A DNA stretch of 64,000 nt. Origin: a virus. Taxonomy: Duplodnaviria > Caudoviricetes. A program made the position numbers and the translations under genes. The DNA is taken from the IMG/VR virus record IMGVR_UViG_2843449061_000008, positions 1-64,000 of that record. One strand, 5' to 3'. Numbering within the stretch: position 1 is the first letter of the stretch; each line of letters starts with the position of its first letter. The notes under the pieces were generated by a model that worked only from the letters and a program-made list of their open reading frames with translations, ran no database searches and was not told the origin of the DNA. Of this stretch, positions 46,485 to 55,962 are shown one piece after another.

Positions 46485-48339
46485 CACGTTCACCCGCGCC
46501 ATGGGCGCGACCACGCCGACCACGCTCAACCGCGAGGCCCGCACCGTCGAGGTGGTGGCGCTGTCCGGCCCGGCGCCCGCCGTGCGCCCGGCGCCCGCTC
46601 CGGACGGCACCCGTTCCGCCTGGATCGAGGAGCTGGACGCGGCCGGCGCCGACCTCTCCCGGTTCCGCGGCGGCCCGGCGCTGAAGGATCACCGCAACAC
46701 CACCGACGCCGCCGTGGGCACGGTGGCGGATGCGCGAGTCGACGGTGACCGGATCACCGGAACCGTCCGCTTCGACACCAGCGCCACGGCCGCCGACCTC
46801 ATGGCGAAGGTCGAGGCGGGCAGCGTACGCGGCGTGAGCCTGGGCTACAGCGTCCAGAAGTGGCAGCGGGCCGGTAAGCGCGACGGGCTGCCCGTCTTCC
46901 GTGCCATCGGCTGGGCGCCGCATGAGCTGAGCTTTACCCCTGTGCCGGTGGATGCCGGCGCCACCGTCCGTTCCCAAGGAGGCATCATGGACGACGACCA
47001 GACCACCACCGAGGCGGACGCCACGGCGGATACCACCACCACCGACACCAGCGCCCGCGCGGTGGACACCACCGCCAACCGGGCCGGGATCAACGGTCAG
47101 ATTCGGACGATGGTCCGCGCCGCTGGCCTGGAGATCGCCACCGCCGACCGGCTGATTGACGACGGCGCCGACCTCGACCGCGCCCGCGCCGCGGTGTTCG
47201 ACGCCATGCTGGCCCGCTCCAGCGGCCGGCCGCTCGCTGCCGTCCAGGTCCTGCACGATCACGACGATCCGGGGGCTGTGGTGGATCGCATGGCGACGGC
47301 TTTCGCAGCCCGCGCCACGGCGCACCTGCCGGAAGCGCACCGCGTCCAGATGCCGGAACAGGCCCGCGCCTATGCCGGCCGCTCCCTCCTCGACCTCGCC
47401 GCCGAGCTGGCCGACCGGCGCGGGAACCCGATCGGCACGCGGCACATGTCGCCCGCGGACCTCTACCAGCGCGCCATGACGACGGGCGACTTCCCGGTGC
47501 TGCTGGCGAACGCGGCCAACAAGACCCTCCTGCCGGCCTATCAGGCGGCGGCGCCGACCTACCGCCGGTTCTTCGCCCGGCGCGACTTCCGCGACTTCAA
47601 GCCCGCGTCGTTCGCCCGCGTCGGCGACTTCCCGGTGCCGCTGGCCGTGGGTGAGAACGGCGAGTACAAGCACGGCGCCATCAGCGAGAGCGGCGAGACG
47701 GTCACGCTGGGCGAGTATGGCCGGGTGGTCATGTTCAGCCGGAAGGCGTTGGTCAACGATGACCTGGGCGCCTTCGCCGACCTCCCGAGCAAGGCCGCCC
47801 TGCGCTGCGCCGATTGGGAAAACTCGGTGGCCTGGGCGCTGGTGGTCTCCAACCCGAAGCTGTCGGACGGCAAGACGCTGTTCCATGCCAGCCATGGCAA
47901 CCTCGCTTCCGCCGGCGGCGCCATCGACCTCGCGACCGTCTCCGCCGGCGAAGCGGCGATGATGAAGCAGACCAGCCTCGACGGGCTGAAGCTGAACCTC
48001 AAACCCGCCGTCCTGGCGACCGGGCCGGACCAGTTCACCGCGGCCCGTCAGTTCGTCAGCACCGCTGTTGCGCCGACCACGGCCGCCGCGGTCAACCCGC
48101 TGGCCGGGACGCTGACACCCGTGGGTGACGCGAACCTGCCGGGGCCGGGCTGGTATCTCATGGCCGAGCCGGCGGCGCTGGAGACCTTCGTTTACGGCTA
48201 CCTGCAGGGCCAGTCCGGGCCGATCATCACGCCCGAGCCGGGCTTCGACGTGGCCGGGGTGAAGGTCAAGCTCACCATCGACTTCGCCGTGGGCGCGGTG
48301 GACTACCGCGGCGCCTACTTCAACCCCGGCGCGGCCTGA
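46477..48339 (+). CDS. Prohead protease-major capsid fusion (satellite)
   Basis: ALKDH, VSLGY, ELSF protease motifs; TTGDFP.LL, DFK, YGR...SR.ALVNDDLGAF capsid motifs. Confidence 0.9.
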   Translation: MADTFTRAMGATTPTTLNREARTVEVVALSGPAPAVRPAPAPDGTRSAWIEELDAAGADLSRFRGGPALKDHRNTTDAAVGTVADARVDGDRITGTVRFDTSATAADLMAKVEAGSVRGVSLGYSVQKWQRAGKRDGLPVFRAIGWAPHELSFTPVPVDAGATVRSQGGIMDDDQTTTEADATADTTTTDTSARAVDTTANRAGINGQIRTMVRAAGLEIATADRLIDDGADLDRARAAVFDAMLARSSGRPLAAVQVLHDHDDPGAVVDRMATAFAARATAHLPEAHRVQMPEQARAYAGRSLLDLAAELADRRGNPIGTRHMSPADLYQRAMTTGDFPVLLANAANKTLLPAYQAAAPTYRRFFARRDFRDFKPASFARVGDFPVPLAVGENGEYKHGAISESGETVTLGEYGRVVMFSRKALVNDDLGAFADLPSKAALRCADWENSVAWALVVSNPKLSDGKTLFHASHGNLASAGGAIDLATVSAGEAAMMKQTSLDGLKLNLKPAVLATGPDQFTAARQFVSTAVAPTTAAAVNPLAGTLTPVGDANLPGPGWYLMAEPAALETFVYGYLQGQSGPIITPEPGFDVAGVKVKLTIDFAVGAVDYRGAYFNPGAA

Positions 48340-48341
48340 CC

Positions 48342-48557
48342 ATGGCGACGCTGGCCGACCTGATCGGAATGCGGGACGCCCTGGAGGCGGCCCGCTTCAG
48401 CGGCGTGCGCAAGGTGGTCTATGGCGACACCGAGACCGAATACAAATCCGACGCCGAAATGAAGCGGGCGCTTCTCGACCTCAACCGGAAGATCACCGCT
48501 GCCAGCGGGCCGGCCAGCTCGCCGTTCGTGACCTTCTCGACCTCGAAAGGACTGTGA
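48342..48557 (+). CDS. gpW-like head-tail adaptor (satellite)
   Basis: LEAARFSGVRKV.YGD...EYKSDAEM..AL. Confidence 0.82.
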   Translation: MATLADLIGMRDALEAARFSGVRKVVYGDTETEYKSDAEMKRALLDLNRKITAASGPASSPFVTFSTSKGL

Positions 48558-48904
48558 CCATGCGGAACTTCGTGCAAGCCGGCTGCAACCTCGACCTCAC
48601 CGCCCCGCGCGCCCTGGCGTCGGGGGAAGGTTTCATCGTCGGCGCCCTGTTCGCCATCGCCAGCACCGACGCGGCGAGCGGTGGCGCCCTGGTGGGCGTG
48701 ACCGAGGGCGTGTTCATCCTGCCGAAGAAGACGGCCGCCGTGATCGCCCTGGGCGGCCGGGTGAGCTGGGACGATGCCGTGCACCAGTGCGACGCACCCG
48801 GCGCCGGGCTCTACCCGGTGGGCGTGGCTGTGGAGGCCGCCGGCAACGGGGCCAGCACCGTGACGGTGCGGCTGGACGGCGTGAGCACTGCGGCGGCTGC
48901 GTAG
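48554..48904 (+). CDS. DUF2190 capsid cement/decoration protein
   Basis: MRNFVQAG..L.LTAP...SG, G.VSWD, VRLDG. Confidence 0.88.
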   Translation: MTMRNFVQAGCNLDLTAPRALASGEGFIVGALFAIASTDAASGGALVGVTEGVFILPKKTAAVIALGGRVSWDDAVHQCDAPGAGLYPVGVAVEAAGNGASTVTVRLDGVSTAAAA

Positions 48905-48927
48905 GGGTCGGCAGGGGCTGGCCGAAG

Positions 48928-48959
48928 GGAAGGGGCAGGGCTGCGGTTCCGCCCCTTTT
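48928..48959 (+). terminator. Rho-independent terminator ending the satellite head operon
   Basis: AAGGGGC...GCCCC followed by a T tract. Confidence 0.6.
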
Positions 48960-49273
48960 GTATAGATGCAGCAAAGGCACCACCGAACCCTTGTAGGTAT
49001 AGTAGGCTACAGGGGCGTACCTGCATTCTGACTGCATGGTGCTGACGAATCTACCCAATACCTAAACCGGATTGGTGAAAGCCTACCCTGCATAGTGCGG
49101 CGTTTGGTGTTTTCATCACTTAATGTGTTGCCTTCACAGAACCTGAGCCCAATATTAGAGAAGCCTTTGCCGAGCTGCACGACCTAAGCTGTTGGGCAAG
49201 GGAGTGGCATGATTGCTACTGTATGCTCATGTGAAAAATCAGCTTCGTTGATCAGTCAAATAAAGGTGGTGCA

Positions 49274-49465
49274 ATGGAAAATGAAATCAAGGAAGGATCG
49301 GTCGTTACGCTAAAATCTGGCGGGCCGAATATGACTGTTGCGTGGGTTGCTGAAGAATATGGAACCATCAAAGCTAACTGTGATTGGTTCGTGCAGGAGA
49401 AGGGAAGTTTTGCAAATAAGAATGCCACTTTTCCTTTGTCGTCTCTAAAGCTCTCTTCTGATTGA
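49274..49465 (+). CDS. YodC/DUF2158 family protein
   Basis: G.VV.LKSGGP.MTV...C.WF. Confidence 0.85.
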   Translation: MENEIKEGSVVTLKSGGPNMTVAWVAEEYGTIKANCDWFVQEKGSFANKNATFPLSSLKLSSD

Positions 49466-49680
49466 ACGGTTTGCGCCAGCTTCTCAAAGCTAGTCCATTC
49501 TGTTTTTCCCAGCCAATCACGGAACAGAATCAGGTGATGCGATTGCACATCCGAAGCTGTCCGCGATGGCCCGCCGGAACGGCATAAACAATGCTGCTAC
49601 GGCGTGACATGGGCAGCAATGTTCGACCCTGGAGCCGGCCGGCGCGTCTTGCCCGGCCGGCTTTTCTATGCGAGGTGACC

Positions 49681-49998
49681 ATGAGCAAGCCTGATTCGTC
49701 GTGCCCGGCCGTTGAGGTGCTGGACCTTCGCCTGTCGGACGGGATCGGGCAGACGCTGGCCGTTGCCGTCGTTCAGGTGGGGCCGGTGGAGATCCGTAAC
49801 GTGCGGGTGACCGACCGGGACGGACGGCTGTTCGTTCGGCTGCCGGGCACCCTCATGAGGAGGCGGCTGAAGCCGGCCGTCTGCCTCGACGAGCCGGTGT
49901 TTCTGGAGCTGCGCGAAGCGGTGTTGGCGGAGTACCGGGAGGTGGCCGGGGCGGACCCGTGGGGCGACGAGCGAGGCAGCAGAACGGCAGATGCCTGA
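49681..49998 (+). CDS. SpoVG-like nucleic-acid-binding protein
   Basis: IRNVRV.DRDGRLFV.LP...L.EAVL.EY. Confidence 0.6.
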   Translation: MSKPDSSCPAVEVLDLRLSDGIGQTLAVAVVQVGPVEIRNVRVTDRDGRLFVRLPGTLMRRRLKPAVCLDEPVFLELREAVLAEYREVAGADPWGDERGSRTADA

Positions 49999-50133
49999 GC
50001 TGGGTGGAGAAGAGAAAAACCTATTCGATTGGAGCGGTTTGCGGTTCTATCTACAGAATTAATGTCGCTGAAAAGACGCATTTATGGTACACATAACCCC
50101 TCATGCTAGAACAAGAAACAGAGATGCACGAAA

Positions 50134-50643
50134 ATGTCTATTTACCCCATCGGTGGAGCCTCTAGCTTTGATGACATGCCCAAGGGAACGATGTTTTACG
50201 GGGAGGTGGGTGACAAGATCGTTCTTCTTTTCCGTTGTGCAAAGGTAATAAGTCAATCTACAGAAGATATCGAATACGCTGCGGTCTTCGACAGGCAAGT
50301 GATACCGCATATCGGTAACCCTATTGTTATAGAAGGAGCTTCGTATTTTACTAACAAGTTGTTTGAGGTGAGGGGTTCTTATGTGAAGCCCGATCTTTCC
50401 TCTATGGATCTGTCCTACAATAACCCGAAGTTAGGGGATATAGTTTACTTTGAGTCCGCGGCTTACTTTGTCTTGGCGAGTGAGCGGCATGGGCGCATGT
50501 ATGTCAACATTGATACGGGATATGCGCTTGAGAACGTGAACCACGACCTGCCGCGCGCGATTTTCAGAAGATGGAGCATTGTGCAGCGGGTGTTCGACCG
50601 TGAGGAGGTGCTTTTCACTTACGAGCCTGCCCCGGCTCGGTGA
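50134..50643 (+). CDS. Low-GC hypothetical protein
   Basis: Long ORF in an AT-rich segment. Confidence 0.7.
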   Translation: MSIYPIGGASSFDDMPKGTMFYGEVGDKIVLLFRCAKVISQSTEDIEYAAVFDRQVIPHIGNPIVIEGASYFTNKLFEVRGSYVKPDLSSMDLSYNNPKLGDIVYFESAAYFVLASERHGRMYVNIDTGYALENVNHDLPRAIFRRWSIVQRVFDREEVLFTYEPAPAR

Positions 50644-50684
50644 GTGAAGCGTTCGGCCTGCCGCGGACCCGGCCGGGGCGGGCC

Positions 50685-50954
50685 TGTAACACACCTTGAC
50701 CGCCCTGTGTTGCAGCCTGTAACACAGGGTGTGTTGCAGGCTGTGTTGCAGGTGATCCGCCATGGCGACCCCGACCATTTCCGTTCGCGTATCTCCAGAA
50801 CATCAAGGGCTTGTCCGAGACGTGGCGGCCCGGCTGAAGGCCGATCCCGGCTTTGCTGACGTGCTGCGCGCCGCGCTGGGGGAGGGTGTGACACAGCCTG
50901 TCATACAGCCTGTGTTACGGCTTGGATCGCGGGGTGTGACACAGGCTGCAACAC
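50685..50954. repeat. Array of ~10 TGTAACAC/GTGTTGCA-type octamers, ~12-bp spacing, both orientations
   Basis: Five copies upstream of and five inside CDS 50762..51328. Confidence 0.75.
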
Positions 50955-51328
50955 AGGTGGACGGCCAGACCGCTCACCAGCGCCAGCCCGCGCCCGAAGG
51001 CCAGCCCGATCCTGCGGCCGGCGCCCTGGCCGATGTCCTGCGCCGGGTGGAGGTGCTGGAGGCGCATGTTGCCGACCTCCGGGGCAAGGCTGGCCGGCAA
51101 GCCAAGGTAGCCAGCCAACAGCAACGGCTGATCGCCGCCGCGGGGCTGGAAGGCGTCATGACCCGCCTGCAATACGCCGCGCACATCGGCGTGTCCAACC
51201 CGACCCTGACGCGCTGGGTGAAGCGGGGAATGCCGGTGCAGGACGATGGGCTGCTCGACGTCGAGGCGGTGGAGAGCTGGCGGAAGGCGAACGAGTCCCG
51301 GCTCCTGGCGGAGAGGGTGAAGGGGTAG
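50762..51328 (+). CDS. Two-domain DNA-binding protein (RHH-like N-terminus, MerR/Nu1-type HTH C-terminus)
   Basis: TISVRVSPEH; MTRLQYAAHIGVSNPTLTRWVKRGMP. Confidence 0.65.
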   Translation: MATPTISVRVSPEHQGLVRDVAARLKADPGFADVLRAALGEGVTQPVIQPVLRLGSRGVTQAATQVDGQTAHQRQPAPEGQPDPAAGALADVLRRVEVLEAHVADLRGKAGRQAKVASQQQRLIAAAGLEGVMTRLQYAAHIGVSNPTLTRWVKRGMPVQDDGLLDVEAVESWRKANESRLLAERVKG

Positions 51329-51536
51329 GGGGGGGCGGGCCGGCGACACCGGCCCGAGCGTCTACGAGGCCGGCGTCTACCGAAACAGTTTATTAGCGAT
51401 AATTTCGAATACGTGATGCGTGTGTTTAACTGATTCTGGTATAGCAGTCGGATGCCACGTGCGATGATAAGTCGTAGTGGAGTTGTTTAAGAGGCACCAG
51501 CTGGTGTTGAATCAGTATTAAAGGAATGGGGTCGAA

Positions 51537-52274
51537 ATGGAAATAACTCGAATCGAAAAATTTTCGGAATCGCAAGATTTCGGCCGCGAGACTCCAAAAT
51601 TCGAACTTGATTATTTTGGTAAAGATCTAATGGACCATAATGGTATAAAGTGGATTTATTTGATATGCCCTCATTGCGGGACGCGTGTTAAATTTTCACC
51701 CATACATGTTGTCGTGGTTAAGGGGGAAGAGCTTGGCATGCTGACTCGTGATTACCATTATCTTTGCAAATGCGAGTATTGCAACGATGTTGTTTATGCC
51801 AAATTTTGGGAAGTCGACTTTGATCCTGATTGGCATTTCGCGTATGAGATGCATTTCCCGGCGGCTATATTCAATGGAAGCGTTGATCTGCCAGAGCAAG
51901 TCAATGTATCGTTTTCAGAGGCCACGAAGTGTTTAAACGCGGATGCCAGCTTAGCTACTCTTGTTATGTGCCGTCGCACTGTTGAAGCTATAGTAAGAGA
52001 CAAGGGGGGTTCGAGTGGTGGTGGCCTATATTCTGAAATAGATAAGTTAATCAAGGATGGCACCCTCCCTGATTCCATGGGTCGCCTTGCGAATGTTATT
52101 AGGATGGTAGGCAATAAGGGTGCGCATGCATCTGAACTTGCCACGGATAGCAAGCAGGCTAGGGATGCGTATGAACTTACGAAGAAAATGATTGATGTAA
52201 TTTATCTGGTTCCAAGGCAGGTGCATGAAATAAGGAGCAAGCTTGAACAAGAAAAATCCGTTAAAACGGAGTGA
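51537..52274 (+). CDS. DUF4145 (HEPN-like) protein with N-terminal Zn ribbon
   Basis: CPHC..CEYC; A.LVMCRRTVE, IRMVGNKGAH. Confidence 0.85.
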   Translation: MEITRIEKFSESQDFGRETPKFELDYFGKDLMDHNGIKWIYLICPHCGTRVKFSPIHVVVVKGEELGMLTRDYHYLCKCEYCNDVVYAKFWEVDFDPDWHFAYEMHFPAAIFNGSVDLPEQVNVSFSEATKCLNADASLATLVMCRRTVEAIVRDKGGSSGGGLYSEIDKLIKDGTLPDSMGRLANVIRMVGNKGAHASELATDSKQARDAYELTKKMIDVIYLVPRQVHEIRSKLEQEKSVKTE

Positions 52275-52326
52275 GGAATAATATAGGATATGCCGACTGA
52301 ATAAAGACGTAAGTAATTAGTTTTTC

Positions 52327-53358
52327 ATGATACGTCAATCAATCCAAAAATGGAGTGCTAGGCAAATGAAAGCAACAACAAGTGAGCTTCGCGTCAAAAA
52401 CCACAACGAGTGGCCCGCTGTCGAATTATTCCCCTGTGAGATTGAGCTTCTACAGAGGTTGGCGCAAAAGAATATGCAGCAAATCTTTATCACGGCTAGG
52501 TTCATGCCTGATGAAAAGGATGAACCATTTAACGCCGCAGTAGGACACATATTGGACTGTCTGGATTCCCTACCAAAACGTCCTGACGCAGCTTTTGATA
52601 GCCTATACAAGGTTATTGATAGCAACCTTGCGGAATTTTCTGAGCCCAATTTGTCCCCCATGCATAGCACTGTAAAAGCCTTTTTTTTGGCTCACCCATC
52701 CGAATGGAGCAAAATTACCGAGATCTTGTCTGCTAATTTGCCTCAGCAAACCGCAGACTACGCGGCATCGCGTATTCTCGATTGCCACGTTGATGGCGGG
52801 CTTCCCCATGCCGATGAAATAAAGAAAAGAGCCAGCAGAAGCCTAGGGAAGCAGCGCTATAAAGATTTCTGTGAAAAATATCTTGTAGAAAACCCGCAGA
52901 TGCAAGGTAGCTACAGCATGCCATACGAAAACAGGAGGAATGCTGGCCGCTTGATGAAGTTACTATTTAGATTAAAGAAATCCGGTGATTGCTCTGGCGA
53001 TGTCAGCAAAATTGAGGCAAGTGACCAGATGGGGGTGCAATACAATAGTCTGGATTTGGGGGAAGACTGCAATAGGCTTTCTTCTGATGAAAAGTTAAAG
53101 GTGATAATGGAGGCTTGTCTTTATACGTACAGAAATGAGCGCTTCCACGGAGATGCATTTTCGCCATTCAGAAGCGGAAAAGCAAAACTTAAGACGTATG
53201 CGCATGCCTATTTTATGTTGAATGCGGCTTACGTTATTGTGCTTGGCATGCTTCATTTGCAAGGGAAAGGGGGTATTTCTATTTCGCATATTGTTGAGAT
53301 AACAATTCGGTCTATGCAGCAATTCGCGGCATTCTTTGAAGATGTTGTTAACGAATAG
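52327..53358 (+). CDS. Low-GC protein with HEPN-type RxxxxH motif
   Basis: YTYRNERFHG near the C-terminus. Confidence 0.65.
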   Translation: MIRQSIQKWSARQMKATTSELRVKNHNEWPAVELFPCEIELLQRLAQKNMQQIFITARFMPDEKDEPFNAAVGHILDCLDSLPKRPDAAFDSLYKVIDSNLAEFSEPNLSPMHSTVKAFFLAHPSEWSKITEILSANLPQQTADYAASRILDCHVDGGLPHADEIKKRASRSLGKQRYKDFCEKYLVENPQMQGSYSMPYENRRNAGRLMKLLFRLKKSGDCSGDVSKIEASDQMGVQYNSLDLGEDCNRLSSDEKLKVIMEACLYTYRNERFHGDAFSPFRSGKAKLKTYAHAYFMLNAAYVIVLGMLHLQGKGGISISHIVEITIRSMQQFAAFFEDVVNE

Positions 53359-53560
53359 AATGTCGAGGACGGTACTAGACGGCCCGTTTGTAGCTCGGTA
53401 ACTGCGGCGGCGTACTGCTGCTCCAACTCAGCCACATACGTGATGGCTTGCCTAGCCATACCCTCCAAGGCGCCGAGCCCAAGCCGCGCTGCGCGGCCTT
53501 CTGAGGGGGGCTTACGGAGTAGGGCAGGGCGGCTCATCTTGGCCGGACTGCTGGCACCCG

Positions 53561-53601
53561 AAAAGCAGAAGCCCGCCGGGTCTCCCGCGGCGGGCTTTCT
53601 T
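53561..53601. terminator. Hairpin between convergent accessory genes
   Basis: AGAAGCCCGCCG...CGGCGGGCTTTCT. Confidence 0.5.
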
Positions 53602-53726
53602 AGGGCGCTGGGTGGCGATCCAGCTGACGGTGATTGGGTTCTGTGGCGTATGGGGCAACCTGGGTTGCCCCCTCTGCCTTGGGCGCGTTGGGCGGGATTC
53701 TGAAGGTTAGTCATAGTGCGAGAAAC

Positions 53727-54215
53727 TTAGGTTTCGGGACTCTTCTTCGATTTGACGAATTTGTATCCTTCTCGGAAGCCATGAAGCTGCCCGCAAAGGA
53801 AATTAATGGAAGCCCTCAATTGTATTGCGGTATCGTTCGCACTTTTCCTGGCTTCTGAAGTTCCGCTGACGCCAACATCATCTAAAAATTTATTTATATA
53901 TTCATCTATTTTAGGATGCTCAATATTATGAGCTATCTTGTTTCTAAGAGTGTTTAGCTTCTCGGCGCTGTCTAAAAGCGCATCAACATGGCGCACAGGG
54001 AGTAGTGCTCTTACTAGCCGTAATCTTTGCGCAAATCGAAATTGATCAACATCAATAGCGGTGGGGTTTGCTAAAAGATCCACCATAAAACCATTAACTA
54101 TTTCTTCCATCAGGAGATGCCCCTTTAGCACTACTAACGTGACATCGTTTGATGTTGGAAACAGCCTTTCAAATCGCTCATCAAATTCCTCAAAACTTGT
54201 TTTTTCGAATGACAT
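53727..54215 (-). CDS. Small HEPN-type protein
   Basis: VLKGHLLMEE...LNTLRNKIAH. Confidence 0.75.
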   Translation of the reverse strand: MSFEKTSFEEFDERFERLFPTSNDVTLVVLKGHLLMEEIVNGFMVDLLANPTAIDVDQFRFAQRLRLVRALLPVRHVDALLDSAEKLNTLRNKIAHNIEHPKIDEYINKFLDDVGVSGTSEARKSANDTAIQLRASINFLCGQLHGFREGYKFVKSKKSPET

Positions 54216-54353
54216 GCAACCTCCTTATCAATGGGTGTACTTATTACACTTAGCGCGCTAAGTTTTTTCAGGTGTCGATCGGGCTTCTGCAGATAGCCCC
54301 GCTCGACCAACCAAGCCTTCAACACTCGCTCGACCAGCGACGACACAGACCGG

Positions 54354-54605
54354 TCATCGTCCTTCGTCGGCTTTCCTCAACCGTACCCCCGCACCCCCGC
54401 CATTCTCCGGGATGAACTCGACGCCAGCCGCTTCCATGGCCGTGCGGATAGCGATGAGGGTGCGCGGCTGAGGTGCTGTATCCCCTTTCTCAAACCGGAC
54501 AAGGGATCGCTTCGCAACCTCTCCGTTGGTTGCTTCGGCAAGCTCATCTTGACTCCAGTTCAAGAGTCCCCTGGCCGCACGGCATTGGGCTGGTGTTATC
54601 GACAT
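54354..54605 (-). CDS. XRE-family HTH repressor (satellite)
   Basis: ITPAQCRAARGLLNWSQDELA...ENGGGAGVRLRK. Confidence 0.9.
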   Translation of the reverse strand: MSITPAQCRAARGLLNWSQDELAEATNGEVAKRSLVRFEKGDTAPQPRTLIAIRTAMEAAGVEFIPENGGGAGVRLRKADEGR

Positions 54606-54667
54606 GGCACTTTTAGTGACATTCATTGTTGACCGATGCCATCACGATATGGCACTTTTAGTGACAT
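54604..54667. promoter_or_regulatory. Two identical 19-bp near-palindromic operators ATGGCACTTTTAGTGACAT
   Basis: 54604..54622 (overlaps the XRE start) and 54649..54667, in the divergent gap. Confidence 0.8.
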
Positions 54668-54744
54668 AGCAAGCGCGGCCGAACCGGGTGTTGGGAGCAT
54701 CCGGCCCGGCCTGACCACAATCGAGCTGCATGGAGCTACGGATC

Positions 54745-55962
54745 ATGGCTGATTCCGAGAATACCACACCCTTGCCCGGCGCCGGCCGCCGGAAAACGGC
54801 TGGCGCCCTGGTGCCGACCAAGCCCGCCGACCTGCCGCCGCTGACCCCCGACCAACTGAACGACCAAGACGGCGAGCCGCGGGTGCTCGACCTCGCTCTT
54901 GCTGAGCGTCTGGGCTTCTCCGACGTTCACAAGGTCCGCGCCCTGATCGAACGGAACCGCTCCGAGCTGGAGAGCTACGGAGTTATTTCCGCCGCCGTGG
55001 CGGAAAACACCGATCCCAAGGGCCGAGGCCGCCCCGGCAAAGCCTACTACCTGAACGAAGGCCAAGCCCTGGTCATCTGCGCCCTGTCCCGCACCCCGCA
55101 AGCCGCCCTGGTGCGCCGGCAGATCATCGAGGTGTTCTTGGCTTACCGGCGGGGCGTGCTGCCCGTGGCCGAGGAACAGCAACAGACCATCGCCCACCTC
55201 GCCGCGGAGCTGGCCGACCTGCGCCAGCGCGTCGCCCTGATCGGCGCGGCCCCGCATATCCGGGCGATCTTCAAGGGCGGCTACCTGCCGGGGTCCACCG
55301 CTTTGACGGTGCAGGACATCAGCATGGAATGGGACGAGCCGCGCATCTCCGACCAGCGGCTTGCGGTCCAGCTCGGGCTGCCGGACATGCACACCGTGCG
55401 CAAGCTGATCCGTTCGCACCGGAACCTGTTGGCCGGCCTGGGCCGGATCGTGAGCGTCCCGCAGGTGAAGGAGACGGACGGGAAGGGGCGCCCGCTCGGC
55501 GCCTTCTGGCTAACCGAGTTGCAGGCCCTGGCCGTCTGCGGGCTGGTGAGCGGCAATGTCGCGTCGGCGACCCGAACCCGGCTGATCAAGGTGTTCGCCG
55601 AGTTCCGCCGCGGGCAGGAGGAGCTTGCGGCAGCCGGCGGCATTCGCGAGGTGCGGAACAACGCCGAGATGGTGGTGATGCTGGATGAGCGGGTGGCGGC
55701 CCTGGAGGCGAACGCCCGCACCGAGTCCCGCACGGAGGTGCGGCGCCAGCGCCGGCGGGTTGCCGACGAGGCGCTTACAGAGGATGGGGACTTGCTCTAC
55801 GGCGGCCCGCGCATCGCGGCCTATCTGGGCGTTCGGCTGAAGTCCGTCGAACACATGATTCGTTCCGACAAGCTGCCTCACTTCCGCATGTCCGGGCGGG
55901 TGTGTTCCCGCAAGACCCTCCTGGGCGCGTGGCTGGACGGTAAGGAGGTGGTCAATGCTTGA
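54745..55962 (+). CDS. Antirepressor-like protein: duplicated Rha-like domains plus C-terminal HTH
   Basis: Two copies of PR..D..LA..LG..D.H.VR.LI..(N/H)R..L...(Y/F).L.E.QAL..C.L...I.VF; C-terminal LYGG..IA.YLG. Confidence 0.75.
   Translation: MADSENTTPLPGAGRRKTAGALVPTKPADLPPLTPDQLNDQDGEPRVLDLALAERLGFSDVHKVRALIERNRSELESYGVISAAVAENTDPKGRGRPGKAYYLNEGQALVICALSRTPQAALVRRQIIEVFLAYRRGVLPVAEEQQQTIAHLAAELADLRQRVALIGAAPHIRAIFKGGYLPGSTALTVQDISMEWDEPRISDQRLAVQLGLPDMHTVRKLIRSHRNLLAGLGRIVSVPQVKETDGKGRPLGAFWLTELQALAVCGLVSGNVASATRTRLIKVFAEFRRGQEELAAAGGIREVRNNAEMVVMLDERVAALEANARTESRTEVRRQRRRVADEALTEDGDLLYGGPRIAAYLGVRLKSVEHMIRSDKLPHFRMSGRVCSRKTLLGAWLDGKEVVNA

Noticed and set aside
53253-53858. ORFs between the convergent HEPN-type genes
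   Set aside because: Several overlapping frames with no motif or RBS support; the region contains a terminator-like hairpin.
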